This document shows, piece after piece, positions 1 through 9,278 of a stretch of 64,000 nucleotides of DNA. Within the stretch, counting starts at the first letter, position 1. Each line of letters starts with the position of its first letter. Under the pieces are notes generated by a model, which saw only the letters and a list, made by a program, of their open reading frames with translations, had not been told where the DNA came from and made no database searches. Where the stretch lies: NCBI GenBank assembly GCA_026195275.1, contig JAPHQU010000001.1:77712-141711 (forward strand), in the 5' to 3' direction. This DNA comes from Minisyncoccota bacterium. GTDB lineage: Bacteria > Patescibacteriota > Minisyncoccia > Phycocordibacterales > JABMNX01. The translations under genes were made by a program, and so were the position numbers.

Positions 1-1
1 C

Positions 2-1543
2 GACTCTAAAGTATACCGATCATTTGCATTATTCTGTCTGAGCGTCGCTATTTGGAGCGGCTTTTATTTTCTCTGGCAGGTCAGTACAGACGCATCTTCG
101 GCACTCTTCTTCTCACGCGCACTCATGGCGGCCGCAATATGGATCCCGTTGCTTTACTTTATCTTCACGTTGCGTTTTCTTGATCAGTACGAAAAGTGGA
201 AGAGGTTTGTATATGTAGGCATTGCGGTATTTTCTGTATTCTTTGTTGCAAACTTTACCCAATATTTTGTAGAAGGAGTCGCCCCGGCGCTCTCATTTAA
301 GTTCTGGCCAACGCCGGGAATACTCTTCCTTCCATTTCTTGTCCTGTGGTTTGCATATCTTGCAGGCAGCACCCTCCTTCTCTTCCGTGAATTCATGGAT
401 TCAACCGGGCTACGCCGTGAGCAAGCAAGTATCATACTGGTAGGGATCACAAGTGGGTTTGTTGCGGGCACAACAAACTACCTCATGTGGTACGGTATCC
501 CCATTCCGCCTTACGGCAATGTCCTTGTTTCGGTATACGTTGGTCTATCTGTATACGCTCTCGTCAAAAGCTATTTGTTTAACATCCAACTCCTCACGGT
601 CGAGCTTCTTGTATTCCTCATCAGCGGAAGCATCTTCGCCAATCTTATTCTCCGGAAAAACACAGAGGGGATCGTCTTCGATATCGGCATTCTCGTTTTT
701 GTCATAATTGTCGGGACCATCATTATCAAAAGTGTACTCAAAGAATCCAAACGAAAACTTGAGCTTCAGGAATTATCTGAGAAACTCAAAGAAGCGAACC
801 TTCGCCTTCAGGAGATCGATCACATGAAATCCGAGTTTGTTGCAACAACTGCACACGAGCTACGCACCCCTCTTTCCGCAGCTAAGTGGGCAATCAACAT
901 GGTGCTCTCGGGTGAGGCGGGTGAGATAAATGAGGAGCAAAAAGAGCTGCTTGATAAGGGGTACCAGAGCAGCGAACGTATAACCAAACTTGTTAACAAC
1001 CTGCTCAACACATCGCGCATGGAGTCAGGAAAGTTTCAGTACGAGTTTAAAGAAGAGTCTCTTGACGAGATTCTCTCCAGTATACACAAGAGTTTCGAGC
1101 AACAAGCAAAAGATAAAAATATAACGCTCAACTACACTCATGAAGAGAAACCCTTACCAAACATTATGCTCGATGCTGAGAAATTGAAGACGGCAATTGA
1201 GAACCTTGTCGACAACGCTATGAAATATACCGAGCCCGGCGACAAGATTGAGATTATCTCTCGAACAAGGGATGGGGTAGTATATATAGATATAGTAGAT
1301 ACCGGTATAGGCATCCCAGAGAGACAGGTGCCACAACTATTCTCTCGCTTCTTCCGAGCCAAAAATGCTGTTAAGGTGCGGCCTGATGGAACCGGACTCG
1401 GTCTCTACATCAGTAAACAAATAGTGGAGAAACACGGCGGAAGAATCTGGATTAACTCCAAAGAAGGCGAAGGTACTGAGGTTCACATTACTCTTCCTCA
1501 GAACGCTGAACCGGAAAAACTTACGCCTGATACAACGGTATAA
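2..1543 (+). CDS. Membrane-bound sensor histidine kinase (multi-TM N-terminus, HisKA + HATPase); 5' end truncated by the window edge
   Basis: H-box TAHELRTPL, N-box NLVDNAMKY, G boxes DTGIGI and GTGLGL. The frame stays open from position 2 to the ATG at 125. Confidence 0.92.
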   Translation, partial: DSKVYRSFALFCLSVAIWSGFYFLWQVSTDASSALFFSRALMAAAIWIPLLYFIFTLRFLDQYEKWKRFVYVGIAVFSVFFVANFTQYFVEGVAPALSFKFWPTPGILFLPFLVLWFAYLAGSTLLLFREFMDSTGLRREQASIILVGITSGFVAGTTNYLMWYGIPIPPYGNVLVSVYVGLSVYALVKSYLFNIQLLTVELLVFLISGSIFANLILRKNTEGIVFDIGILVFVIIVGTIIIKSVLKESKRKLELQELSEKLKEANLRLQEIDHMKSEFVATTAHELRTPLSAAKWAINMVLSGEAGEINEEQKELLDKGYQSSERITKLVNNLLNTSRMESGKFQYEFKEESLDEILSSIHKSFEQQAKDKNITLNYTHEEKPLPNIMLDAEKLKTAIENLVDNAMKYTEPGDKIEIISRTRDGVVYIDIVDTGIGIPERQVPQLFSRFFRAKNAVKVRPDGTGLGLYISKQIVEKHGGRIWINSKEGEGTEVHITLPQNAEPEKLTPDTTV

Positions 1544-3696
1544 TGCAACTCACTGACTCGATTGAGAAACACTTTCGCCTGGTTGAGACACAGAAGAAGG
1601 CGCTTAAGTGTCTTGGGCTCACTACTATTGAGTCGCTCCTCTACCACCTCCCTTCTCGCTACGAGAATGTATCTGAGATCATGCGCGTTTCAGACCTCAA
1701 GAAAGACGACGCGGCGATCCTCTATGGCACCCTCTCAGGGCTCAAAACCAAGAAGTCGTTTCGCTTGCGCACACCCATCTCCGAAGCGCAGTTTCGTGAC
1801 GAATCCGGCTCAATCAAGATTACATGGTTCCACCAGCCGTACATCGCGAAAATGTATGAGGGCGCAACACACGTAAAGCTCACTGGGAAAGTCACTGGTG
1901 ATACAGACAGTCTCTACATCGCCAACCCGGAGATCGAGCGGATTGATGCGATTCCCGTTGAGACGCATGGACTCTTTGCAAATGGAGACGGTGCATCAGA
2001 CTTCTACGCAATCTACCCCGAGAGCAAAGGAATAACCTCCAAGTGGTTCTACCACAACATGCGCAAGATACTTGAAGGAGGTATTCTCGAACAGATTACT
2101 GACCCGGTGCCGGAAGAGATCCTCAAGCGCTACAATCTTCCTTCACTCACGACTGCGCTCGTATGGATACACACGCCGAGATCTGAGAAAGATAGCTTGG
2201 CGGCGCGTAAGCGCTTCGCGTTTAACGAGGTCTTTTTCATCCAGCTCTTCAAGCAACAAGAACGACACGAGAACAATGAGAAACACTCGCTCCGGGTCAC
2301 CGTCGACGAAGCGCGTATCAAGGAATTCGTGGAGCGTTTCCCGTTTGAGCCGACCGACTCGCAAAAGAGTGCGATTGACTCAATCGCTGAGGACTTCAAA
2401 AAAGAACACCCGATGTCGCGCCTCCTTGAAGGAGACGTTGGCTCCGGAAAGACTGCTGTCGCCGCGACCACCGTCTACGCGGTGACCACCTCGCGCCCCG
2501 AGGGGCAGGACTTCGGCGCGCTCCAAACAGCATACATGGTGCCGACCGAGATCCTCGCCAAACAGCACTTCGAGTCGTTCATCGAGTACTTCAACCACAT
2601 GCCGGTCTCGATCGCGCTTATCACTTCAAGCGGGTGTAAGAAGTTCCCGTCCAAGGTCGACCCAAGTAAGGCGACTGAGATCTCACGCGCGCAACTCCTT
2701 AAGTGGGTGAAGAATGGTGAGATCCCGATCGTTATTGGGACACATTCGCTCATCCAAAAGACGGTAGAGTTCAAGAACCTCGCGTACGTCATTATCGACG
2801 AGCAACACCGCTTCGGTACCATCCAGCGGCAGACGCTTGCGCGCAAGGATGACCGCGCGCCGCACCTGCTCTCGATGACCGCAACCCCGATTCCGCGCAC
2901 GCTCGCGCTCACTATCTATGGCGACCTTGACCTCACCGTCCTCGACGAGATGCCACACGGCAGGAAACCAATCAGGACTGAGATTGTGGTCCCCGACGGA
3001 CGCACAAAAACCTATGAGAAGATCCGCACCGAGCTTGAAGCTGGTCGCCAGGCGTACGTCATCTGCCCGCGCATCGACGAGCCGGATCCGAAGAAAGCGC
3101 TCGCGCTTAACGCAAAGTCGGTGACCGCGGAAGCAGCACGATTAAAGAAAGACGTGTTTCCTGAGTACGAGATCGGCATCCTCCACAGCAAGCTCACCCC
3201 CGCCAAGAAAGAAGAGGTGATGAATGCGTTTGCTGCGGGTGATATTGATATCCTCGTTGCGACGTCGGTCGTTGAGGTTGGGGTCAATGTGCCGAACGCG
3301 ACCGTAATCGTGATTGAAGGTGCGGAGCGCTTCGGGCTCGCGCAGCTCCACCAGCTGCGCGGCCGCGTTATCCGCAGCAACCACCAGGCGCATTGTTTTG
3401 TTTTCTCGGAAAGCAAATCAAAAAAGAGTGTTGAGCGACTTAGGGCACTCGCAACCGCAAAGAACGGCTTCGACCTGGCAGAGTTTGACCTTACACTGCG
3501 CGGCGCAGGAGAGCTCTATGGCAAGAAGCAGTGGGGGCTCTCCGACATTGGCATGGAAGCCATTAAGAATGTAAAGATGGTCGAGGCGGCGCGCAGTGAA
3601 GCAGAGAAACTTATTAACCTCGACCCAACGCTCGTAAAACACCCTGACCTCAGACGACACGTCGAAGAAAAAGTGGAAGCGTCACATTTTGAATAA
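1543..3696 (+). CDS. recG: ATP-dependent DNA helicase RecG
   Basis: GDVGSGKT, DEQH, MTATPIPRTL and QLHQLRGRV motifs, plus N-terminal wedge/OB region. Confidence 0.97.
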   Translation: MQLTDSIEKHFRLVETQKKALKCLGLTTIESLLYHLPSRYENVSEIMRVSDLKKDDAAILYGTLSGLKTKKSFRLRTPISEAQFRDESGSIKITWFHQPYIAKMYEGATHVKLTGKVTGDTDSLYIANPEIERIDAIPVETHGLFANGDGASDFYAIYPESKGITSKWFYHNMRKILEGGILEQITDPVPEEILKRYNLPSLTTALVWIHTPRSEKDSLAARKRFAFNEVFFIQLFKQQERHENNEKHSLRVTVDEARIKEFVERFPFEPTDSQKSAIDSIAEDFKKEHPMSRLLEGDVGSGKTAVAATTVYAVTTSRPEGQDFGALQTAYMVPTEILAKQHFESFIEYFNHMPVSIALITSSGCKKFPSKVDPSKATEISRAQLLKWVKNGEIPIVIGTHSLIQKTVEFKNLAYVIIDEQHRFGTIQRQTLARKDDRAPHLLSMTATPIPRTLALTIYGDLDLTVLDEMPHGRKPIRTEIVVPDGRTKTYEKIRTELEAGRQAYVICPRIDEPDPKKALALNAKSVTAEAARLKKDVFPEYEIGILHSKLTPAKKEEVMNAFAAGDIDILVATSVVEVGVNVPNATVIVIEGAERFGLAQLHQLRGRVIRSNHQAHCFVFSESKSKKSVERLRALATAKNGFDLAEFDLTLRGAGELYGKKQWGLSDIGMEAIKNVKMVEAARSEAEKLINLDPTLVKHPDLRRHVEEKVEASHFE

Positions 3697-3735
3697 AAAT
3701 ACGCCCGCAGCTTTGGCTGCGGGCGCTTCTGGTGC

Positions 3736-4065
3736 CTACATTCTCCACGAGCGCTCATGGAGAAAATAGAGGATACCAAAGGTGAGATGCATAACGCCGC
3801 CGACGAGCATAGTCCACGACAAACTGAGACCGTTCGCCAAATAGAGTCCGCATGGCATAACCAGCATCGATCCGAACCATGCTATTAAAATCATCGCCGC
3901 GCCATCTTGGTAATACTCCCCTGTTTCCTCATCAAACACATTCGCAATGGCGGGGATAAACCATGTCACCCACTGTAAAAGCAGGATGGAGGCGTACTTC
4001 ACGGAAAGTCCCAGATGCCGAATCGGCGCAACGGGAGAAATCCGAGGTCCAATTTGAATATACAT
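3736..4065 (-). CDS. Hypothetical membrane protein (SD-led ORFan)
   Basis: 109 aa, about 3 hydrophobic segments, AAGGAG 7 nt before ATG, hairpin at ~3701-3726 downstream. Confidence 0.6.
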   Translation of the reverse strand: MYIQIGPRISPVAPIRHLGLSVKYASILLLQWVTWFIPAIANVFDEETGEYYQDGAAMILIAWFGSMLVMPCGLYLANGLSLSWTMLVGGVMHLTFGILYFLHERSWRM

Positions 4066-4176
4066 AACCTGGCTCCTTCAGACTGTTTCTGCGGACAGGC
4101 TATCACACAGGACTCTAAAAAGCCACTCGCATACTCTCGGGCTCGATATGCATAACAATAAGAAAACGCCCTTGGA

Positions 4177-4437
4177 TTACACCAAGGGCGTTTTGATAAA
4201 AACATAGAGCGTGCCAGACATGAGATAAAAACCAACCATGATCGCGCAAAGTGATGGCACCGATGTCACAAACGAGAGGACCAGGAGGAGTGAGGTAATC
4301 ATTCCATAGAGCATGAGAATGCCCACTACGTCAGCCTTAAGGAGCTCATCGATATTTTTGTTTTTAATGTCTCCGATTGCGAAGACAATCCACGCAATAA
4401 GCACCTTGGAGGTCTTGAAGATCAAGTGTCTGTTCAT
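4177..4437 (-). CDS. Hypothetical membrane protein (SD-led ORFan)
   Basis: 86 aa hydrophobic, AAAGGA upstream, terminator hairpin AAAACGCCCTTGG..CCAAGGGCGTTTT at its 3' end. Confidence 0.55.
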   Translation of the reverse strand: MNRHLIFKTSKVLIAWIVFAIGDIKNKNIDELLKADVVGILMLYGMITSLLLVLSFVTSVPSLCAIMVGFYLMSGTLYVFIKTPLV

Positions 4438-4583
4438 GCGTCTTCCTTTCTCTTTGGCGTGTATCTAGTCGTGAAAATACCACATATTTCTATATATAGC
4501 AATACCTCTTATAACACGACATGCGCGCTATAGTGACGGGAGTATGAGCTTACAAATGAGTAAACAAGAAGTGCTCTTGTGGT

Positions 4584-4699
4584 AAACCTAGGACCGCCAG
4601 GATATAACATTCGTGGGATTGGTTCACTCGGTCAAAATAAAGTAATAATCTCAGATTTGTGAGCGTACCAGGATTTGAACCTGGGACCGCGGAGATATA
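4584..4699 (-). repeat. Two degenerate tandem copies of the tRNA-Ile 3' half
   Basis: 4668-4690 ccaggatttgaacctgggaccgc is identical to 4749-4771. 4585-4607 aacctaggaccgccaggatataa is a more diverged copy. Confidence 0.8.
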
Positions 4700-4740
4700 T
4701 TTCATATATTCTCTACATTCGAGTGAACTGCAAACATTTG

Positions 4741-4814
4741 TCCGTCCTCCAGGATTTGAACCTGGGACCGCCAAGATATAAGCTTGGTGCTCTAACCAAC
4801 TGAGCTAAGGACGG
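4741..4814 (-). tRNA. tRNA-Ile (anticodon UAU)
   Basis: Cloverleaf CCGTCCT-TA-GCTC AGTTGGTTA GAGC-A-CCAAG CTTATAT CTTGG-CGGTC-CCAGG TTCAAAT CCTGG-AGGACGG-A. CCA is not encoded. Confidence 0.93.
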
Positions 4815-4912
4815 AATGCAAGAACTATACCGTAAAGTTGGACTTCTTTGAAGCTCTCATCGTCTGTGCTACAGTGGCATCAGTTTTGTTCCAATGAACC
4901 GAGGAAAATGAC

Positions 4913-5242
4913 ATGCTTTACCGAATCGCAAAGTTGGTTATGACCAGCTACTCGATCATTGGGTCTCTTCTTGGGGCTCTCGTCGGATTCGTCATCTTTT
5001 TGGTGATCTACATCCTTCCGCTTCTCGCTTTCATCATCAACCTTTGCTGGACGCCAGTCATCGCTATCCGTGCATTCGGGCGTCTCGGGAAATATGGGGT
5101 TCCCTTTGGGGAAACATGGCGCAACGAGATCCGCGAGACCAAGAAAGCTTGGCGGGACGTCGTTGAAGGCTTCCATTTCATCTTTTGCGAAGCTCCGCAA
5201 AACATCTTCGACAATCTCCGCCGCACGCTCAGTGCTGCCTAG
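4913..5242 (+). CDS. Hypothetical membrane protein (SD-led ORFan)
   Basis: 109 aa with N-terminal hydrophobic segments, GAGGA upstream, shares a bidirectional hairpin (~5256-5282) with ftsH. Confidence 0.6.
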   Translation: MLYRIAKLVMTSYSIIGSLLGALVGFVIFLVIYILPLLAFIINLCWTPVIAIRAFGRLGKYGVPFGETWRNEIRETKKAWRDVVEGFHFIFCEAPQNIFDNLRRTLSAA

Positions 5243-5293
5243 CCGGCGACAACGTAAAAGGGCCAGCATCCGCTGGCCCTTTCTTTTGTTTGC

Positions 5294-7282
5294 CTATTCG
5301 CTGTGTTCGATATCCTCTTTTTTCTTCGGGGTGATGCCGTTTGCGATGAGGAGTTTTTCAAATTCATCGCGTTCAAGCGTCTCTACCTTAACGAGCTCCT
5401 GCGCGATCGCGTCGAGTGCACCGCGGTGTTTGGTGAGGATGTCCTCTGCCTTCTTATACGCATCGTCAATTATTTTGTGCACCTCGGCATCGATCTCCGC
5501 TGAGACCTTCTCGGAGTACTCTTTTCCGTCGATACCGGAGCCCATGAGCGCGCGACCACCCTCTCCCTCAAGCGCGACCGGCCCGATCTTATCTGACATA
5601 CCGTATTTGGTCACCATGTTGCGCGCGAGCGCAGTGAGCACCTGGAGGTCATTCGATGGACCAGTCGTCACATCATCAAAAACCATCTGCTCAGCGATGT
5701 ACCCACCAAGCGTCGTCGCTATATCATCGAGAAACTCTTTCTTTGACTGCATCCTCCGCTCATCAAACGGGAGCTTGAGTGTGTAGCCTGCAGCGCGACC
5801 ACGCGAGATGATCGAGATCTTGTGTACCGGGTCAGCGTACGGCAACACGCTTGAGACAAGTGCGTGCCCCGCTTCATGGTACGCGGTGATCTCCTTTTCT
5901 TTTGTATTCAAAACATGACTCTTGCGCTCTGGGCCGAGCATCACCTTCTCGATTGCGCGAATGAGGTCGTACTGAGTCACCTTCTTGCGATTCTCACGTG
6001 CCGCCAAAATCGCACCTTCGTTCATGAGTGAGTAGAGGTCGGCCCCCGAGAAACCAGGCGTACGCTCGGCGATCACGGTAAGGTCAACGTCTGAGTAGAG
6101 TGGCTTCTTGCGCGCGTGGATCTTGAGGATTGCTTCACGGTCAGAGCGGTCCGGCAGGTCAACAGTCACCCGGCGGTCAAATCGCCCCGGGCGAAGGAGT
6201 GCAGGGTCAAGGACGTCCGGGCGGTTGGTCGCCGCCATCACGATCACCTTTTCATTCGGCTCAAATCCATCCATCTCCACAAGGATCTGGTTGAGCGTCT
6301 GCTCGCGCTCGTCATTACCACCCCCGACTCCTGTGCCACGCACACGCCCCACTGCATCAATCTCGTCGACAAAGATGATCGCCGGGGCGGACTGCTTCGC
6401 GAGCTTGAAGAGATCGCGTACACGAGATGCTCCAACGCCGACGAACATCTCGACGAACTCTGAACCGGAGATCGAAAAGAACGGCACGCCAGCTTCACCT
6501 GCGACCGCGCGCGCGAGCAAGGTCTTCCCGGTTCCCGGTGCACCCATGAGGATAATCCCCTTCGGGATTTGCGCGCCAATCGCGATAAACTTCTTTGGGT
6601 TCTTAAGAAAATCAACAATCTCAACAAGTTCTTCTTTCGCTTCCTTTGCACCGGCAACATCTTTAAACGTTACTTTCTGGCTCTGGTCATTCGGGTCAAT
6701 GATGCGCGCCTTTGATTGCCCGAATGAGAATGCTTGCATGCCGGCGCCTTTCACCTGCCGTGAGAGGTACCATATGAAGAATGCGATGAGGAATATTGGG
6801 ATGAGGAAAGGCGCAAGTGAAAAGAACCAGAATTTAAACCCACTCGGGTCTTTCACTTCAACACTCACCTCTCCCAACTCATCGTGAGTGACGCCATAGT
6901 TGGCAAGCGTCTCGGTGAGTGCGGTATTAGCTTCTTTCTTCGACTCTTTCTCAGTAGGCTCCTCACCCTCCTCGGCAACATACGTGGCTACCACTCTCTC
7001 GCCACTTACCACAATCGAAGAGACTTCTCCTGCCTGTATATCTCGCGCAAGCTCAGAGATAGGGATGTTTTTGGTCCCCTCTTCGCGACCAACAATGAAT
7101 GAGTATGTGCTCACCAAAATAAGGAGGAGGAGGAGTGTGCTGAGCAGGTTCGCCCAGAACTGCTGACGTTCAGGGAGTTTTGGCATCTCGGACGAAGGCT
7201 TCTTCTCACCCTTCTTCGGATTTTGTCCGGTGTTTTTTGCGGCTTTTTTCTTACCGCTGTGATTTTTTCCAAAGAGGTCCAT
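5294..7282 (-). CDS. ftsH: ATP-dependent zinc metalloprotease FtsH
   Basis: Two TM helices, Walker [25 protein letters not shown]. Start moved to the ATG at 7282 to avoid overlap with smpB. Confidence 0.97.
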   Translation of the reverse strand: MDLFGKNHSGKKKAAKNTGQNPKKGEKKPSSEMPKLPERQQFWANLLSTLLLLLILVSTYSFIVGREEGTKNIPISELARDIQAGEVSSIVVSGERVVATYVAEEGEEPTEKESKKEANTALTETLANYGVTHDELGEVSVEVKDPSGFKFWFFSLAPFLIPIFLIAFFIWYLSRQVKGAGMQAFSFGQSKARIIDPNDQSQKVTFKDVAGAKEAKEELVEIVDFLKNPKKFIAIGAQIPKGIILMGAPGTGKTLLARAVAGEAGVPFFSISGSEFVEMFVGVGASRVRDLFKLAKQSAPAIIFVDEIDAVGRVRGTGVGGGNDEREQTLNQILVEMDGFEPNEKVIVMAATNRPDVLDPALLRPGRFDRRVTVDLPDRSDREAILKIHARKKPLYSDVDLTVIAERTPGFSGADLYSLMNEGAILAARENRKKVTQYDLIRAIEKVMLGPERKSHVLNTKEKEITAYHEAGHALVSSVLPYADPVHKISIISRGRAAGYTLKLPFDERRMQSKKEFLDDIATTLGGYIAEQMVFDDVTTGPSNDLQVLTALARNMVTKYGMSDKIGPVALEGEGGRALMGSGIDGKEYSEKVSAEIDAEVHKIIDDAYKKAEDILTKHRGALDAIAQELVKVETLERDEFEKLLIANGITPKKKEDIEHSE

Positions 7283-7330
7283 AGTCGTGCCATTATACAT
7301 TAAAATGAGGTAAGATGAACAGGAAGAAGT

Positions 7331-7777
7331 ATGGCAGATCTGATTAGGAACAAAAAAGCAACGTTCAACTTCGAAATCCTCGAAACTTTCGAAGCAGGGA
7401 TCGAGCTTCTTGGGTTTGAAGTCAAATCGCTCCGCAAAAAACAAGGCTCACTTGAGGGTGCGCACGTCCTTGTGCGCGGCGGAGAGGTATTCTTAGTGGG
7501 GGCGACCATTCCGCCCTTTCAGCCGGCAAACACACCGGTAGATTATGATCCTGAGCGCTCTCGCCGTTTGCTCCTCTCAAAAAAAGAAATCAGTGAATTG
7601 GCAGACGTTGAGGCGCAGAAAGGGTTGACAATAGTGCCCATTTCGGTGTATAGTAAAGCACGAAAGCTCAAGCTCAAGGTTGCAATCGCGCGCGGAAAGA
7701 AGAAATACGACAAGCGCGAAGTGATAAAGAAGCGAGAGAGCAAGCGAGCAATCGAGAGAACCTTGAAACAACAATAA
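7331..7777 (+). CDS. smpB: SsrA-binding protein SmpB
   Basis: NKKA..FEAGIEL.G.EVKSLR, R.R.LLL.KKEI, GKKKYDKRE. Adjacent to tmRNA. Confidence 0.97.
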   Translation: MADLIRNKKATFNFEILETFEAGIELLGFEVKSLRKKQGSLEGAHVLVRGGEVFLVGATIPPFQPANTPVDYDPERSRRLLLSKKEISELADVEAQKGLTIVPISVYSKARKLKLKVAIARGKKKYDKREVIKKRESKRAIERTLKQQ

Positions 7778-7832
7778 TAGATTGTTTCGGTCCTTCCCCG
7801 CCTTTGATCTGGCTCCGGCGAGATCAAAGGCG

Positions 7833-8242
7833 GGGGATGATCGGCTTCGACAATGAAGATATCTTATCTATGTGCAAGGGAGCAGACCAGAACTGCTTAA
7901 AAAGCTGGAACACAATACGTGCAAAGAAATCTGCACTTGGAATGCTTTCACCTTTCCAGATGAAAAACTTCCAGTTCGCTTACGCACAAGCCTAAGCGAC
8001 CATCAGTACGTTTGACGTCCGATATGACGACACTGGTGTAACCCCAATCGGTCTAGGGTGCGCGATTGCCTCGACGCACATCTGAAACTAAGAGACTCGA
8101 CGTGATGTGATTTTGTTTGTTTCAAACACACCACGTTCAAACAGATCCTGATCTTGTATCTGGGTCAAAAAGACAAACTAGCCCTCTGTAGAATCATTTA
8201 TGAGACCTTTCTTGGACGCGGATTCGATTTCCGCCATCTCCA
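7833..8242 (+). ncRNA. ssrA: tmRNA (one-piece); tag ORF 7921-7995 (A)AKKSALGMLSPFQMKNFQFAYAQA*
   Basis: 5' GGGGATGATCGGCTTCGAC, 3' GCGGA TTCGATT TCCGC CATCTCCA. Acceptor stem has the G3:U pair. Directly after smpB. Confidence 0.93.
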
Positions 8243-8244
8243 CA

Positions 8245-8309
8245 TTTATACCAATATGGACCAAAACAGACCGCTTTGTACCAATATGTACAGGTGGTTT
8301 TTTGGTACT
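8245..8309 (+). repeat. 10-bp-period direct repeat array 1 (core (T/G)ACC)
   Basis: ACC at 8250, 8260, 8270, 8280 and AC at 8290, then an inverted TGGTA near 8303. Confidence 0.7.
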
Positions 8310-8367
8310 CTTGACACACTCCGTGTATATAAGTACATTTTGATCAGTAAAAATAGGGAGTAAGAAA

Positions 8368-8622
8368 ATGTCTGTTCTGCTACTTTTGCTGGGGTACGCA
8401 TGCCTCGGTTACGTTGCCTATCAACTCACCAAAGAACTCTTTGCCATCTACCCCTACGGGGTCAAAAAAGATGGCGACAAGTTCTGGTGGTCCAAGTGGC
8501 TTCCAGGGCTCGGGTTCACTCTTTGCCTTATGGCCGCAGGTGAACCGTTCTATACGCTCATACCTGGCATACTAATCATGACCAGCAGCTACTTCTTCAT
8601 CCCGAAGAAGAAGGTCACCTAA
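8368..8622 (+). CDS. Hypothetical small membrane protein (SD-led ORFan)
   Basis: 84 aa, 3 hydrophobic segments, GGGAG upstream, TTGACA at ~8311, hairpin downstream. Confidence 0.65.
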   Translation: MSVLLLLLGYACLGYVAYQLTKELFAIYPYGVKKDGDKFWWSKWLPGLGFTLCLMAAGEPFYTLIPGILIMTSSYFFIPKKKVT

Positions 8623-8668
8623 CAAGTCCCGAAGGAGTCCCACTCCTCTCGGGGCTTCTTCATTTTTA

Positions 8669-8715
8669 ATTACACCGATATATACCACTCTGTACCACTT
8701 CGTACCAAATTGGTA
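8669..8715 (+). repeat. 10-bp-period direct repeat array 2
   Basis: ACC at 8674, 8684, 8694, 8704, then an inverted TTGGTA. Confidence 0.7.
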
Positions 8716-8963
8716 ATTAAAGTTTTCCAGTGGTCCCGATGAACTCCATACTATTAAAAATACCTTGCTAAAACGGGGTGTTTTTGCTTCACCAGAGAAC
8801 AGTCTTCGTAATGGATCCCTACATCAAAACTCGAGGTACTAGGTCGAGCACCTAGAGCGAGGAGTTTATGACGGAATTGGTAGAGCCATCAGACGACGTC
8901 GAGACAATCTGGGGTGCGCAAGGTGGTACTCACCCTGTCTCTTCTGGGCCGCACGGGTGTTAC

Positions 8964-8991
8964 TTGACAAAATATATAGATATGCTATACT
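8964..8991 (+). promoter_or_regulatory. Sigma70-type promoter
   Basis: TTGACA-N16-TATACT with an extended -10 TG. Confidence 0.75.
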
Positions 8992-9033
8992 GTTATTAGT
9001 AAAGATCAATTCCAGACACAAAGGACACGGGTC

Positions 9034-9159
9034 ATGAAATTCGATTCGAAAGCCGCCATGCGAAGCTTCCAGGCGCAACGCGTCTCCAACCGAGATATGC
9101 TCGCTGGTCTCGCCGTCATCATGTTCGCAGTCTTCCTCGCCGCGCAATACATCCAGTAA
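9034..9159 (+). CDS. 41-aa small protein with a C-terminal TM helix (not in ORF track)
   Basis: MKFDSKAAMRSFQAQRVSNRDMLAGLAVIMFAVFLAAQYIQ*. Has a promoter, AAAGGA SD and a terminator (AAAAGCCCCA..TGGGGCTTTT). Confidence 0.7.
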   Translation: MKFDSKAAMRSFQAQRVSNRDMLAGLAVIMFAVFLAAQYIQ

Positions 9160-9278
9160 TTTCGCCGGCGCATAGCCCCACAAAAAGCCCCATGCTTTAA
9201 GTGGGGCTTTTCTTTTTCCTTTACGTACCTGCCTGAATACTCTATCTTTCTTGATAGGCACACTGAAGGAGATCTTCC

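Noticed and set aside
4571-4814. CRISPR array from the ~81-85 bp periodic repeats
   Set aside because: Only three copies, derived from the tRNA T arm and progressively degenerate; no cas genes.
7283-7444. N-terminal extension of FtsH in the ORF track (similar cases for secY, rplC, rplV, tpiA, pilX)
   Set aside because: These overlap neighbouring genes or leaders; downstream ATGs fit family starts and -10 spacing.
7804-7995. 63-aa ORF as a protein gene
   Set aside because: Lies within tmRNA; its 3' part is the tag reading frame.
8790-8915. 6S or SRP RNA
   Set aside because: No SRP GGAA-loop motif, and 6S motifs are better matched at 15301-15431.
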